Below are positions 11,753 to 25,429 of a stretch of 64,000 bases of DNA, in pieces (within the stretch, counting starts at the first letter, position 1; each line of letters opens with the position of its first letter). This DNA comes from Octopus vulgaris (lineage: Eukaryota): contig OX597829.1 in NCBI GenBank assembly GCA_951406725.2, positions 10,230,001 through 10,294,000 of the forward strand, written 5' to 3'. The notes under the pieces were generated by a model, which made no database searches, was not told the origin of the DNA, and saw only the letters and a program-made list of their open reading frames with translations. The translations under genes and the position numbers were made by a program.

Positions 11753-12548
11753 TATATATATATACACACATATGAGAGGGAATCCACTAAACTGGACGCC
11801 CTTACGCTAATGAGAGATATCATGAGTCTCAACCACTAAAAATTGTTCTCAAGAAAAACTTAGCGCAACATGAACGTAAGCGAGCAGGACAAATGAAAAA
11901 TAACAAAAATATAGATTTACCCTAGACAATTGTTTCACTGTTAATAAATTATGCAATTTTACTTACACAATTAATTTGCAGATCCTCAGTGAAGTCCGTC
12001 AAAATATAATTTGTCGAACTACACGCCATATATTTTAACAAGAGGTCTAAAATACTAGCAATACGGCCTATCATATTCATAGTTATATTCAAATGCCATC
12101 GTTTAGCGCGCCAAATTCTCGGAAATAGATACTGCATAAATAATTAACTGCAGTAGTTTACGCCGGTTTGAAAACATATTAATTTAGAATTAAAGTCATT
12201 TTGACTTTATATATATATATATTTATATATTTATATACACATCTATGTATGCATGTATATGTGTATGTCATTATTCAGTTTTATTTCAAGGTTTCTTGCC
12301 TATAGAGAAAGAGCTGGTTTCTAACCTCGATCCAAGGCTCCTTCATTGGAATTTCAGTAACATCAGCGGGATATTTTTGTATGTATGTTTGTATGTACGC
12401 ATATATGTTTGTATGTACGTACGTATGTATGTATGTATGTATGTATGTATGTATGTATGTATGTATGTATGTATGTATGTATGTATGTATGTATGTATGT
12501 ATGTATATCGTGTCTCTTACCATTGGTTCTTCTGAGGTTACTTGCAAA

Positions 12549-13093
12549 AATGTGTTTGCGCGTTTCTTAAAGACACCGAGATCTACTCCATGTTGATCTC
12601 TTAAGAGTTTTGGCAGGCAGTTATGAGGAACCTATCTGAATGCGGTACAGGATCTCTTTGTGTCTCGTAGCAATATAACTGTCCCAGATATTGACGCAAT
12701 TTTCTCCTTTTGGTTCTCACTCGAAACTTTTAGAGTGTCATAAACTGTTGGATACTGAAATTTCTTGTCTGGCTCTGAATTGAAAGGCCAGTCTCCGGAA
12801 TGTGCTTCGAATTCTGCTAGAACATGCTATCACCAGTGGAGATACTCGGTATTAATAAGTCCTAGAATTCGGAGTGATTTAGCTGAGCGTTAGGTTTTGA
12901 AGGGTCTGATATAGTGATGTTTTCTTGACATGACTCCACAAGCAGATACTTTGCTTTTAGGCAATCGGTGAAGGAGCCAATTCTGTAAAAGTTCTGCGTT
13001 CATCGCTTCATAACCATTCAACAGCCTGCCAAAACTTTTAAGAGATCAACATGGAGTGGATGTCGGTGTTTTTAAGAAACGCGCAAACACATT
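12549..13093. mobile_element. CR1/L2-like LINE 3' coding remnant with a ~75 bp inverted duplication
   Basis: 13017-13093 reads FNSLPKLLRDQHGVDVGVFKK (CR1-like C-terminus); 12549-12622 is its reverse complement. Confidence 0.55.
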
Positions 13094-13099
13094 CCTAAA

Positions 13100-14190
13100 G
13101 TTAACCTTCCAGTTCGTGACTAATGCTTGGTCTTGCGCTGCCAGTATAGTGCTCTCGGACTCTTAGTGTTCCTTTCATCAGCCAATCTCACCTACTTTCT
13201 CCAACAACGTCTTGTACCGCTGCATGGAAATGATTGTGTAGTACCTTCTTGCGTAATTCTTTTTCATGTCCTTTTTGTACTTCTTTCTGCATTTCCATTT
13301 TTTTTCTGCTCTCAATACTCCCTCGTTCCTAACTGTCAGTAGCAAGCTTTCCTTACTTTGGGATAGGTATCTCATTAAGCTCTCGAGTTCCATACACACG
13401 CAGTCTTCCACACTTATCAGAACCTTTCTTTTCTTCATGTATAGGCGATCAAAATTAGCACGTGGATGATGGGCTCCATGCATCTTTCTTGACTTCTTAT
13501 CCATCTCTTTTAGTTCCTCCTCTCTCCACTTCAGGATTCTAGCGCCATCTTGCACTGCTGCAACTGCGCGCGTGTCCGTTGCCGAAATTATGATGCTGGC
13601 ATTCAGTTTTGAAACCAATATTTTTTTCACTCTCCGCAGGTACCCACCTTTTGTCCCCTCCTTCATGTTGTGATGTTTAATTCTGTCTATCTCAAATATT
13701 CCCAGGTATTTATTGCTGGACTGAAGTTGAATTGCCTTCATCTTCTCACCACTTGTCAACCATATTCCTTCTGCCCTGGCAAGCTTTTTTCATCTCATCA
13801 CCATCGTAGCATATTATGAGAGTCCAAACTTCATCTTAACATCATTGGAGAATATCCGCACAGACGGGATTATGTTGTCCAGTTCTGCCCCAAATTCGTG
13901 GATAGCTTCAGGTCATCCATGAATAGCAAGTAGTTTAGTTTTTCCCTTACATCTTCCCAGGTCATACCCCAACTTTGTTTTCTGTAGTATTTCACCCAAG
14001 CGGATCATCCCCAGCACGAACCTCTTGATTTTCACTCCTACTACTTCATTCCCTGCTCTCAATTCCGTTCTCCAGCATTGCATGCTATTTCATATAAAGG
14101 CTTCTCATATTTTCTGCTACTCCATACATTTTTACTGTTCTTATTATCCAGGAGGGTGGTATCATATCATATGCTTTGCGATAGCCAACC
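13100..14190 (-). mobile_element. R4/Dong-type non-LTR retrotransposon RT fragment
   Basis: [20 protein letters not shown] (13905-13930), KYLGI..YLRRVKKIL.SKLN..HPRA..DRLY; abuts ATT/ACT array. Confidence 0.85.
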
Positions 14191-14194
14191 CATT

Positions 14195-14196
14195 AT

Positions 14197-14279
<83 letters not shown>

Positions 14280-14293
14280 TTATTATTATTATC

Positions 14294-14326
<33 letters not shown>

Positions 14327-14336
14327 GTCGTCGTCG

Positions 14337-14416
<80 letters not shown>
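14195..14416. repeat. (ACT)n-(ATC)n-(ATT)n compound array
   Basis: Direct reading. Confidence 0.95.
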
Positions 14417-14418
<2 letters not shown>

Positions 14419-14625
14419 TGCCGGGCAAGACACTTAGTGGCATTTCGTCCGTCTTTATGTTCTGAGTTCAAATTTCGCCAAGGTTGAGTTTGCCTTTCAT
14501 ACTTTCATCCTTTCATCCTTTCATCCTTCTTATAAATTAAGTACCAGTGCAACTCCGTGGTCAATGTTATCGACTAGTCCCCTCTGCTCAAATTTCAGGC
14601 CTTTGGCCTATAGTATAAAGGCTTA
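14417..14625 (+). mobile_element. Meta-type tRNA SINE, 5' truncated
   Basis: GAGTTCAAATT B box and TTTGCCTTTCAT..TAAATTAAGTACCAG central domain. Confidence 0.75.
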
Positions 14626-14723
14626 TTATTACATTGTTTTATAAATTTTCTACTTGTCGCGCACATACAATTTTCGTTGATGTTTCATGTGCCAAGAAGT
14701 GACAAAACATCGGAAACTATTGC

Positions 14724-15620
14724 TACGGGGATCGGCTGAAAAGTTCATAGACTGACCAAGATGTTCTCATGGACTGTGACCAAATGAGATTTACTTTTCC
14801 ACAATGACCCTACTGAGGTCCACTCACTGCTTCCATCGGTGTTGCAGTACTTGGATACCATTGGTGAAGAAGTTCTTATCCTGTTCGTCAAAAAAGGCGT
14901 CAGCAGCAGTTATGAAGTTACCATCACTGCGATGATTGTTCTCAGTCACATGTTTTGGATGCTGGGAACTGATGATTATTAGATGAGATCAAATCAGGAG
15001 AACGGAGATGGTGATCAACCAGTTTAAAGCCACAATCACACACAACAATCACTGAAAGCAAGAACCTCTATACTGGAGCATTGTCCTGATTAAACAAGAC
15101 CAGATTTGTCAGTTTTCCTGGATGTATAGTCTTGATAGCTTTTCGTAACTGTCTCAGCATTTTGGAATAATACTCACTATTGATGGTGTGGTCTTTTTGA
15201 AGATAGTCAATAAACACAATGGCTTCTGCAGCCCAAGAAACTGAAGCTATCACCTTCCCTGCAGAGGAAACGGCCTTGACCGTTTTTGGAGCAGGTGAGG
15301 AGGGGTGTTTCAATTGCATGGAATTGTGTCTTGGGCTTTGGCTCAAAGTGATGAAACACCTGCATCTGTCTCAAACAATGTCAGATTTCCTGCGGTGTAT
15401 ATCGCCTTTGTTGAGGAAATGACCCACAGGATATTGCAGACAAACATCCCGCTAAGAATACGGCATGGTCATGGCTGGGATGTCATGTATGAGCTCAATC
15501 AGAATTAAACTACAAATAAGTCTTGGTTCCCTCATGAAGTGTTTGCAATTTATAAAGATTTTGCTATGGACAGAAAATGGTGTTGCTTTGACAGAAAACA
15601 AGTGTTGTGTATGTATGGCT
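14724..15620 (-). mobile_element. Degraded mariner transposon
   Basis: ORF 15068-15346 SAGKVIASVSW..IVFIDYL..TINSEYY..L.QLR..L.QDNAPV; TIR-like TACGGGGATCGGCTGAAAAGTTC at 14724. Confidence 0.85.
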
Positions 15621-16388
15621 TATGACAGAATCGTTCAACTTAACCACCAATGTAATTCTGATTCAGATATTAAGATGATTAACACGTGATTAGTACGTGA
15701 TTAAGAAGTAGACCATCAGGAGTTTTTGACTTCATTTACAACCACATTAACGTTCATGTGTGAGAGATTTTGTGAGACAATTTTGTGCAGCGTTGCTCGT
15801 GATATGGGTGGGCAGCGCCTTCAGTTGGAGGGAGGCTTGTGAAGATTGACAGGGTGAAGTCGGGTGAATAAATTGCTGCGATAAATAAAATTAAGATAGT
15901 TTTTAAAATATTTGGTCTTATTCAACACTGATTAGGAAATAAGAATTATGTGGATGTACATGTATTTTATCTTATCATTAATAAAGATAGGATACAAGTA
16001 AAAGATTCACTAATGCTTTCCGAATGGCCTCGAATTTGAGAGCTTGTAAACCACTGATTTAGTAAACAGATATGTGTATGTGTGTGTGTATAATATGTAT
16101 GTATATATGTATATGTATGTACGTATGTATATATGCGTATGTATGCATGTAAATATGTTTGTGTGTGTGTATATCATATGTATTTACGTATATGTATGTA
16201 GGTATGTATGTACATATGGATATATGTGTATGTATGTAGTATTTATGTAAATACACATGTTTGTGTGTGCGTGTGCTTGTGTGTATATCATATGCACATG
16301 TGTATATATGTATATATATATGTAGTTATGTATGTAAGTACTTATGTATATGTGTGTGTGCGCGCGTATGTTTGTATGCATACATCTA

Positions 16389-16795
16389 CGTAGGAGTGGC
16401 TGTGTGGTAAGTAGCTTGTTTACCAACCATATGGTTCCGGGTCCAGTCCTACTGCGTGGCACCTTGGGCAAGTGTCTTCTACTATAGCCTCGGACCGACC
16501 AAAGCCTTGTGAGTAGATTTGGTAGACGGAAACTGAAAGAAGCCCGTCGTATATATGTATATGTATATATATGAGTGTGTGTTTGTGTGTCTGGGTTTGT
16601 CCCCACCTCCAACATTGCTTGACAACCGATGCTGGTGTGTTTACGTCCCGTAACTTAGCGGTTCGGCAAAAGAGACCGATAGAATAAGTACTAGGCTTAC
16701 AAGGAATAAGTAGTCCTGGGGTCGATTTGCTCAACTAAAGGCGGTGCTCCAGCATGGCCGCAGTCAAATGAGTGAAACAAGTAAAAGAGTAAAAG
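16389..16795 (+). mobile_element. tRNA-CORE SINE, near full length
   Basis: GGAGTGGCTGTGTGGTAAGTAG head, GGCACCTTGGGCAAGTGTC core, internal TA/TG run, tail ending GAAACAAGTAAAAGAG. Confidence 0.85.
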
Positions 16796-17422
16796 GGGTA
16801 CACACACACACGTTCTTTAAAATGTGTCATAATCAGTAATATTCATCAATGTGCTGCCTTGGCTTAACCACTCGCTTGTCTAATTATGGAAAACTCATAG
16901 TCACATGTTAATGCATTGCTACGGCGAAATATATTCTCTTTACTTTCACATTCGTCTGTTCAAAAAAGTCCCTCTGAATATGAGTATTATATAATACCGG
17001 GTCAACGAATAACCCCGTATACAGATTTAAATAGTTTTTGTGTCTGGCGCTAATTGCCCACTCCTTTCGTTTCTCTCCAGTGTGAAACAAATGTTGTCGG
17101 TCATCTGAAACTCAAACGTAGTCTTTGAAAAAATCTTTAAGTAGGCGGTGGAATTGAGTAGGATCGAGTGATAATTCCAGCTATTTTGGTTAGATCACGG
17201 GAGTGGGAAGGACCAAATATATAGCAGCGTGTGTTGGAGTGGAGGGGCGGGGCCGGGGGAAGTTTCCGAGATTCCCATTGCTGCTCGGGATTGAATATTT
17301 ACATGTTCCTATGAGACAATAATGATGCTTGAATGCTAAGAGAATCAGGTTAGTGGTAGTTTGAACTGTATATATATATGACTGTGTGTGTTTATATATG
17401 CATACATATCACATATATTTGT

Positions 17423-17461
<39 letters not shown>

Positions 17462-17476
17462 CATAAACATAATACT

Positions 17477-17524
<48 letters not shown>

Positions 17525-18106
17525 TATATATATATATGCACATTCAAATACAAATACATATCTAAATATATCTGTAAATATTTATAAATAAACATATATA
17601 TAAATAATTACATATATATATGTGTGTGTGTGTATATATATTATATGTAAATATATATACATAAACATACATATAAATACATATATATATATTTATATAT
17701 ATATACACATATATATATACACACATATATATGTATATAACTTTAATACAATTAGCACATACATGTATGTCGTGGGTGACTATATGTGTTTAAGAGAAAT
17801 ATATTTATATATGTATGAATCTAAGTATGTATATGCTGTTGATATGTATATATCAATTACTAATTAGTTAATTTGCATGCACTATCATGAAATTATTTTT
17901 CTCATATAATATAAATATATTCAAGCATGCGTTCATACATTATAATGTGCATACACACATGCATATACACATATATACTGAGAGCACCCGTGTATGTATA
18001 TATATATCGGTATCCGTTACCCTATTATTCCCGGGAATTGGTATGCAGGTACACTATGCACGTCGAGAGCAGATAACAACAGGATAAACAAGAGTTTGTC
18101 AGGAAC

Positions 18107-18680
18107 CAATGCAAATAATTAGAAAATGGAGAAAACCATAGATTAACCAACACATCGATTGGACCACATTTAAAGCTTGTTTATTGATACAAAGCATGAT
18201 ATAACAATTTGGATGACGTAACATATTTTAGGACCGTTACTGATCGGATTACCATAATGCAGTCTATAAATAAATGCGAGAATAAAGTTCTTCCTCTTCG
18301 TAGGGCATTCGAATTAGGCAAGGGATCCTCATCAGAGTGAAAAACACGAGCATATAATATAAACAAAAGGAAGAAGGAAAAGAAAAGAAAACTTGGCTTA
18401 GACAAATAGTCTAGAAGCCCAATATGTTAAGAGCAAATAATTTTGGGCTTCTAGACTATTTGTCTAAGCCTTAAATCGAATGCCCTATGAAGATGAAGAA
18501 CTTTATTCTCGCATTTATGCTTAGACTGCACTTTGGCAATCTGATCAGTAACGGCCGTAAGACATGTTACATCATCTATTTTTGCTATGTCATGCTTTGT
18601 ATTAAAAAGTAAGCTATAAATGTGGTCCAAGCTATATGTTTGTTAATCTGTGGTTTTCTCCATTTTCTAATTATTTGCAT
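18107..18680. repeat. Large imperfect palindrome ending in (TA)n
   Basis: ATGCAAATAATTAGAAAATGGAGAAAACCA / TGGTTTTCTCCATTTTCTAATTATTTGCAT; inner arm GGCTTAGACAAATAGTCTAGAAGCCCAA / TTGGGCTTCTAGACTATTTGTCTAAGCC. Confidence 0.9.
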
Positions 18681-18745
18681 ATATATATATATATATATAT
18701 ATATTTAAAAAAGGAGATGTGGAACACGAGTTGTGATATATAAAA

Positions 18746-19040
18746 AAAGGAAATGAAGAAAATGCTGACAAAATAATTTCAGTAAGGGAGAGTGTATTTA
18801 ATTAGGTGAAAGTTCTTTTTTACCGGTTGCGAGAGATAGAGTTCCTTTCTGACAGATTTTTTTCTCTTATCTGGTAATCCTACAGATAAGAGAAAAAAAT
18901 CTATCAGAAAGGAACTCTATCTCTCTTAAAAAATATCTTTTGATAAGCATAACAAATGCGCAACCGGTAAAAAAGAACTTTCACCAAATTAAATACACTC
19001 TCCCTTACTGAAATTATTTTGTCAGCATTTTCTTCATTTC

Positions 19041-19044
<4 letters not shown>
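18746..19044. repeat. Near-perfect palindrome between (TA)n runs
   Basis: AAAGGAAATGAAGAAAATGCTGAC... / ...GTCAGCATTTTCTTCATTTCCTTT; short central loop near 18872-18882. Confidence 0.9.
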
Positions 19045-19086
<42 letters not shown>

Positions 19087-19719
19087 TTCAAATTACGCTG
19101 AAAGTAAACAAACAAAGTTTGCTTTTAGAAGCCTTGCGATATCTAGAAAGTTAAGGAAGTAATTTTTTATCCTCAAACGCAGGATAATGCTAATAAAATA
19201 GCATGAACAGGATAAACTACCCATATTTTGCAGAAAAATGTGTCGACGGCCAGCCATGAGACTCCAACTCACACTCCCGTGATTACGCTAAACTACCCCA
19301 ACAACAAAATCTTCTTCAAATTTATGATATATAAATCTCGTTTTATGAGACGCTATCGTACGTTATATTCAAATTACGATGAAAGTAAACAAACATGCTA
19401 TGTTATTTAATATTTTTCAATATATTTTAAAATTTCTTTTTAACAACGCTCTTAATCTGTATGTAAAACAACCTGTTCAATATATATCTTTTAAGATGCT
19501 AATATATTTTTATACATCATTATAGTTTTTCTACCCATATATGTCTATTATATTTGTATATATTGATGTATCTGTAAATTTAAAATATATTAAAAAAATA
19601 TTTCAATGAGTGATGCATTAAATATATTTTAATAATTTGCAAACACCAGTTTTATGGCTGAGTATACGTTGTACTATTATTCAAAATTGTTGAACCTACC
19701 GGAATTCTCCTTATATATA

Positions 19720-20140
<421 letters not shown>

Positions 20141-20908
20141 GATGCAAATAGGAAAAACAAACCTTAAATTATGAATATGTTCTTTTACTTGTTTCAGTCA
20201 TTTGGTATATTTTTTATTAACCTTTAGCAGAAGCAACAGAGTGACTCAGAGTCCGAGAGCCTCTTGCGTTGGCACTTATCAAACTAATTGAAGATATTAA
20301 CGAAGAATGCTGATATTCTCCTTATTTTACTGCAAACAGATGAAAACTTTTCATAGGCCACTTCCCTATATTATCAAGTGGTCCTTTATATTTTCTCATG
20401 GTGTTATTTTCAAACCATTTTCCCTCCTAGAGATATTTTAGCAGTTAGCGACCGACAGAGATGATAACTATTTCTATTGCGCTTTATATATAGATCAATT
20501 TCTAGGGAGTGGGCTTTATTTTCAATGTTTTCATTGCATTTATTACGTTTTGTGGCCATCAAGCTCTAATAGACTTTTTGAAGCACCACTTGAAGTGGAA
20601 TGGTAAAGTTGGAGTGAAACTTAATCGAATATTTTATGTAAAGTAGATAACAGGGATGAAATTAGCCGAGTTACAAGGACCTACACTGATTAGGCAGCTA
20701 CAGCTGGGCAGCACAAACTTGGTAGAGATGAACATGCATTTGTTGTTTTACAGTAACGACCAATGTTTATGCACGAACTGCTCCGAATCACTTTATATAC
20801 ACGTTTCCCGCTTCCACAGTTTTTAAAATTCTTACTGTTATCTTGGTATTGCAAGAGGCGGTATCATTGCAAAAGGTTATCCGAGGCGTAATTGTCGCTA
20901 GTTCAATA

Positions 20909-21013
20909 TTCTTCTTCTTCTTCTTCTTCTTCTTCTTCTTCTTCTTCTTCTTCTTCTTCTTCTTCTTCTTCTTCTTCTTCTTCTTCTTCTTCTTCTTCTT
21001 CTTCTTCTTCTTC

Positions 21014-21078
<65 letters not shown>
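20909..21078. repeat. (CTT)n-(AAT)n-(ATT)n array
   Basis: Direct reading. Confidence 0.95.
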
Positions 21079-21079
<1 letters not shown>

Positions 21080-22620
21080 TGTTTTTTCCTTCTTTCTTCA
21101 AATTTTCTTCCGTTTCTCGCCGAGTGTTTTCCATACACCTAGGGCAGAGAAGCTCATTGTATGCATTCCCAGATTACACGCGCAAATTCACAGATAAAAT
21201 ATGTATTTAAAAAATAAATAAATAAATTCATGGATGGATGTTATTTTCACAGCGATAGTGCTCTTCTCAGTACATGAGCCGTTCTAGTTAATACGATTTT
21301 TTGCACTTCATGTAGGTATGGTAAGCCTGGTATCATTTTCAAATAGGTTTCAGTGCCTTTTTTTTATCATTCCTAGAGATCCTACAATCACTGGTACTGT
21401 AGTCGCCTTGAGATGCCACATTTTTTCAATTTCTATTAGCAGGTCTTTATATTTACTAATCTTGTCAAATTCTTTCGCCGCTATATTGTGATCACAAGGG
21501 ATACTCATGTCAATTAATAAACACATCCTTTTTGTCTGATCTTTTCTAATAATATCCAGTTTATTTGCTTTTATAGTCTTGTCGGTCTGCTCGGGGAAGT
21601 CCCATAGAATCGACACATTTTCTCCCTCAGTCACAGCTTCAGGATGATGTTTATACCATTTGTCAGTGGTTTTGATTTTATAATACCGACATATTGTCCA
21701 ATGTAAATACTGGCCGACTCTGTCATGTCTTGCTTTATATTCTACAGGTGCTAAGACTCTACACCCTGAGATTAGGTGGTCTATTGTTTCAATCTCATCG
21801 TTACAGAATCGGCACTTTGGGTCAGCTCCATTTTTTATCACATTGGCTTGGTAGTTCCGGGTTAATAAGCTTTGGTCTTGAGCAGCTAATATGAAACCTT
21901 CACTCTCTGCTTTTAGCCCTGAGCTTCGTAACCATTGGTGCGTGTGTTTCTGGTCGACATCAGCTTGTTTGCTACGGGCCACATACTTGCCATGGAAACG
22001 TTTCTGTTCCCATCTGCTAGCTAATTTTTCATGTGCTTCTGTCTTTGCAATTAATTTTATTTTCTTTGCAGCAGCAGTTGGCGCATTTCCTTCAGCCTGA
22101 TCAATCTGATGGGTATCTAAGAGATCAGCAGCGAATTTTTTGCTCTCTTTGAGAATAGAGTGTAGTTTTTTCGGTCTTTCATGTTTTTCAACAAGTTTTA
22201 GCATCCAATTGTTGGTTGCTTCAAGGTATTTGGCCAGTCCAATTGTGGTGTTTTTGTATGTAAGTTCAAGCTGGATCAAACCTCGACCTCCCTGAGCTCT
22301 GGGAAGGTAAAGATGATTCACGCCTGCCTTTGGATGGTGCATATTATTACAAGTCAGTAGCTTGCGGATTTTTCTGTCAATTTTCATTATTCCACTGGTA
22401 TTCTAGTTAAGCACATTGTAGCTATAAAGAACAACTGGTACTGCTAAGGAATTTATGGCTAACACCTTATTATATGCATTCAGCTCAGACTTCAGGATTG
22501 CTCGAACTATTTTATAACATTCCTTCCTAACCTTCACTTTCATGCTTGCATGCTGGATACCAGAGCCTTCATTTATTCCTAGGTATTTATAGGTTTGTAT
22601 CTGCTCAAGTTCATATTTCG
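21079..22620 (-). mobile_element. R4/Dong-type LINE, 3' half (RT thumb, CCHC knuckle, restriction-like endonuclease, 3' UTR)
   Basis: ORF 21350-22387: GGRGL, AAQDQ, CRFC..ETIDHLISGC, RHD, WD..TD..AN.LDI..LLIDMSIPCD..K..KY.DL. Confidence 0.92.
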
Positions 22621-23173
22621 GGTAGTCAAGGAGAAAATAAAGGTAATATTTTAGAGATTGAAGTTGACTTTTCTAGAGATGTTTGTTTGTATGTCCAGTT
22701 AGAGAAAACAGGTGTGTTTTTGCAATAAAAAGTATGTTTACATTTATATTTGAATATTCAGGAAGGAAGGAAAGAAAAGTCAAATTTTCATAGAAAGTTT
22801 TAAGATTCACGAAAGATAGTCTTTTGTAAGTCCACTCAAAGAAAAGCTTGATGTCTTTAGAAAGAAGAAAAAAAAGGGATACTTACAGAGGGAACGATGA
22901 GTATTCAATGCAATTGTGGATATTAAAGTTTTTAAAGCTGATCGTGTGTGTTTGAAAATTGTAGATATGCAAATTTGTAAATTTCTTAACTTATTTTGAA
23001 GGGAATTTTAAATACTCACAGGATATTATAGATATTCCAGTCTTTGAGAGCTATTTTCCCCCCGTTGTCCCACTGGGTCATATTAGTGTTTCTATGGCTT
23101 TCGGCTACTGAATGGTCAGATCAGCGAGGAACACGTCCAGCGGCTGTCAAGGCTGGTGCTCCTCCTTCTTTTA

Positions 23174-24234
<1,061 letters not shown>

Positions 24235-25048
24235 AGGAAAGAATCTCGGATAGTTCTTGATTACCGGTTGTTCTTTACTTGAAAGCAGGCATTACCAAAT
24301 CACCAAATGTTTCCAGTAGTGACTCAAAGAGACAATATTCCCCTTAGAATGCGAGCTGTACCCAACAATTCTGTCTTCTGGATTACTTCCAGCCTGACAT
24401 CAGCTTCAATATTCTTAATATATTTTTCAAAGACCTTGGAAACCGCTCCCAATGCTCCAATTACCACTGGTATCACCATTACTTTTTTATGCCCCATAAC
24501 TTGCCCCTCTCGTCTGTTTCCTTACATTTCACCCTCGAATTGCCTGGTATTGCAACATCTATCATATTTGCTTCTTATAAATCTTTATGGATGATCACGA
24601 TATCTGGGCGTCTCGCCTCTATGACTTGGTCGCACTGTATGTCAAAATCCCAGAATATTTTGTAATGTTCATTTTCGATAACCCCACCTGGCTTGTGCTC
24701 ATACCATTATTCGGCTCTCTCGAGGTTAGCTTTACCGCACAACGGCCAGTGGATAAATCTGGCCACATTGTCGTGTCTCCCTTTGTATTCGCTAACAATA
24801 TGGCTTATACTTTCTCCCTTCTCAGAGCACATCCTACACTGTGGCGAGTCAGTGCTTTCATCAATGTGATATTTGGATTAGTTTGTTCTGAGAGCTTGTT
24901 CTTTAACGCTGCACACTAATGCCTCAGTAGACCCCTTTAAGTCTCCTTTCTGCAGTCATTGCCAGGTTCTATTCCAATCAATCTCATCTTTATTCTCCAA
25001 GAACTGACTGTGCATTTTCTTGTCCACCCAAATTTTCCTCATCTGCTC
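24235..25048 (-). mobile_element. Degraded R4/Dong-type LINE 3' fragment
   Basis: Minus strand fragments HDNVARFIHW, KI.WDFDIQCDQVIEARRPDIV, VIGALGAV, QKTELLGTARILR. Confidence 0.8.
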
Positions 25049-25050
25049 TA

Positions 25051-25257
25051 GCGAGCTAGCAGAATCGTTAGCACGCGGGGTGAAATGCTTAGTGGTAGGT
25101 CGTCTGTCACTACACTCTGAGTTCAAATTTCGTCGAGGTCGATTTTGCTTGTCATCTTGTCGGGATCGATAAATTAATTACCAGTTGAGTACTGGGGTCG
25201 TTGAGATTGACTTGGCTCCACCCCACAAAATCCAGGCCTTATGCCTATAGTAGAAAT
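25051..25257 (+). mobile_element. Meta-type tRNA SINE
   Basis: GCGAGCTAGCAGAATCGTTAGC head, GAGTTCAAAT, GAGGTCGATTTTGC..GGATCGATAAATTAA. Confidence 0.8.
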
Positions 25258-25429
25258 GATTATTATTATCATTATTATTTTTGTTATTGTTGTCGTTGTT
25301 GCTATTATTGTTGCTCGTCTATCGACACGTGCTGCATGTCGCTCTCGTAATTTGTTCTCATTTATATTGTTACACATTGATATACATTGTATATTAGTTA
25401 TCTTTACATAGATACACTAACCATGACCT

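Noticed and set aside
11805-11835. CTAATGA-GAGA..TCTC hammerhead-like start
   Set aside because: No GAAA, cleavage triplet or stem I
18200-18340. Minus-strand hammerhead at CTGATGAG
   Set aside because: Could not find GAAA..UH with a matching stem I
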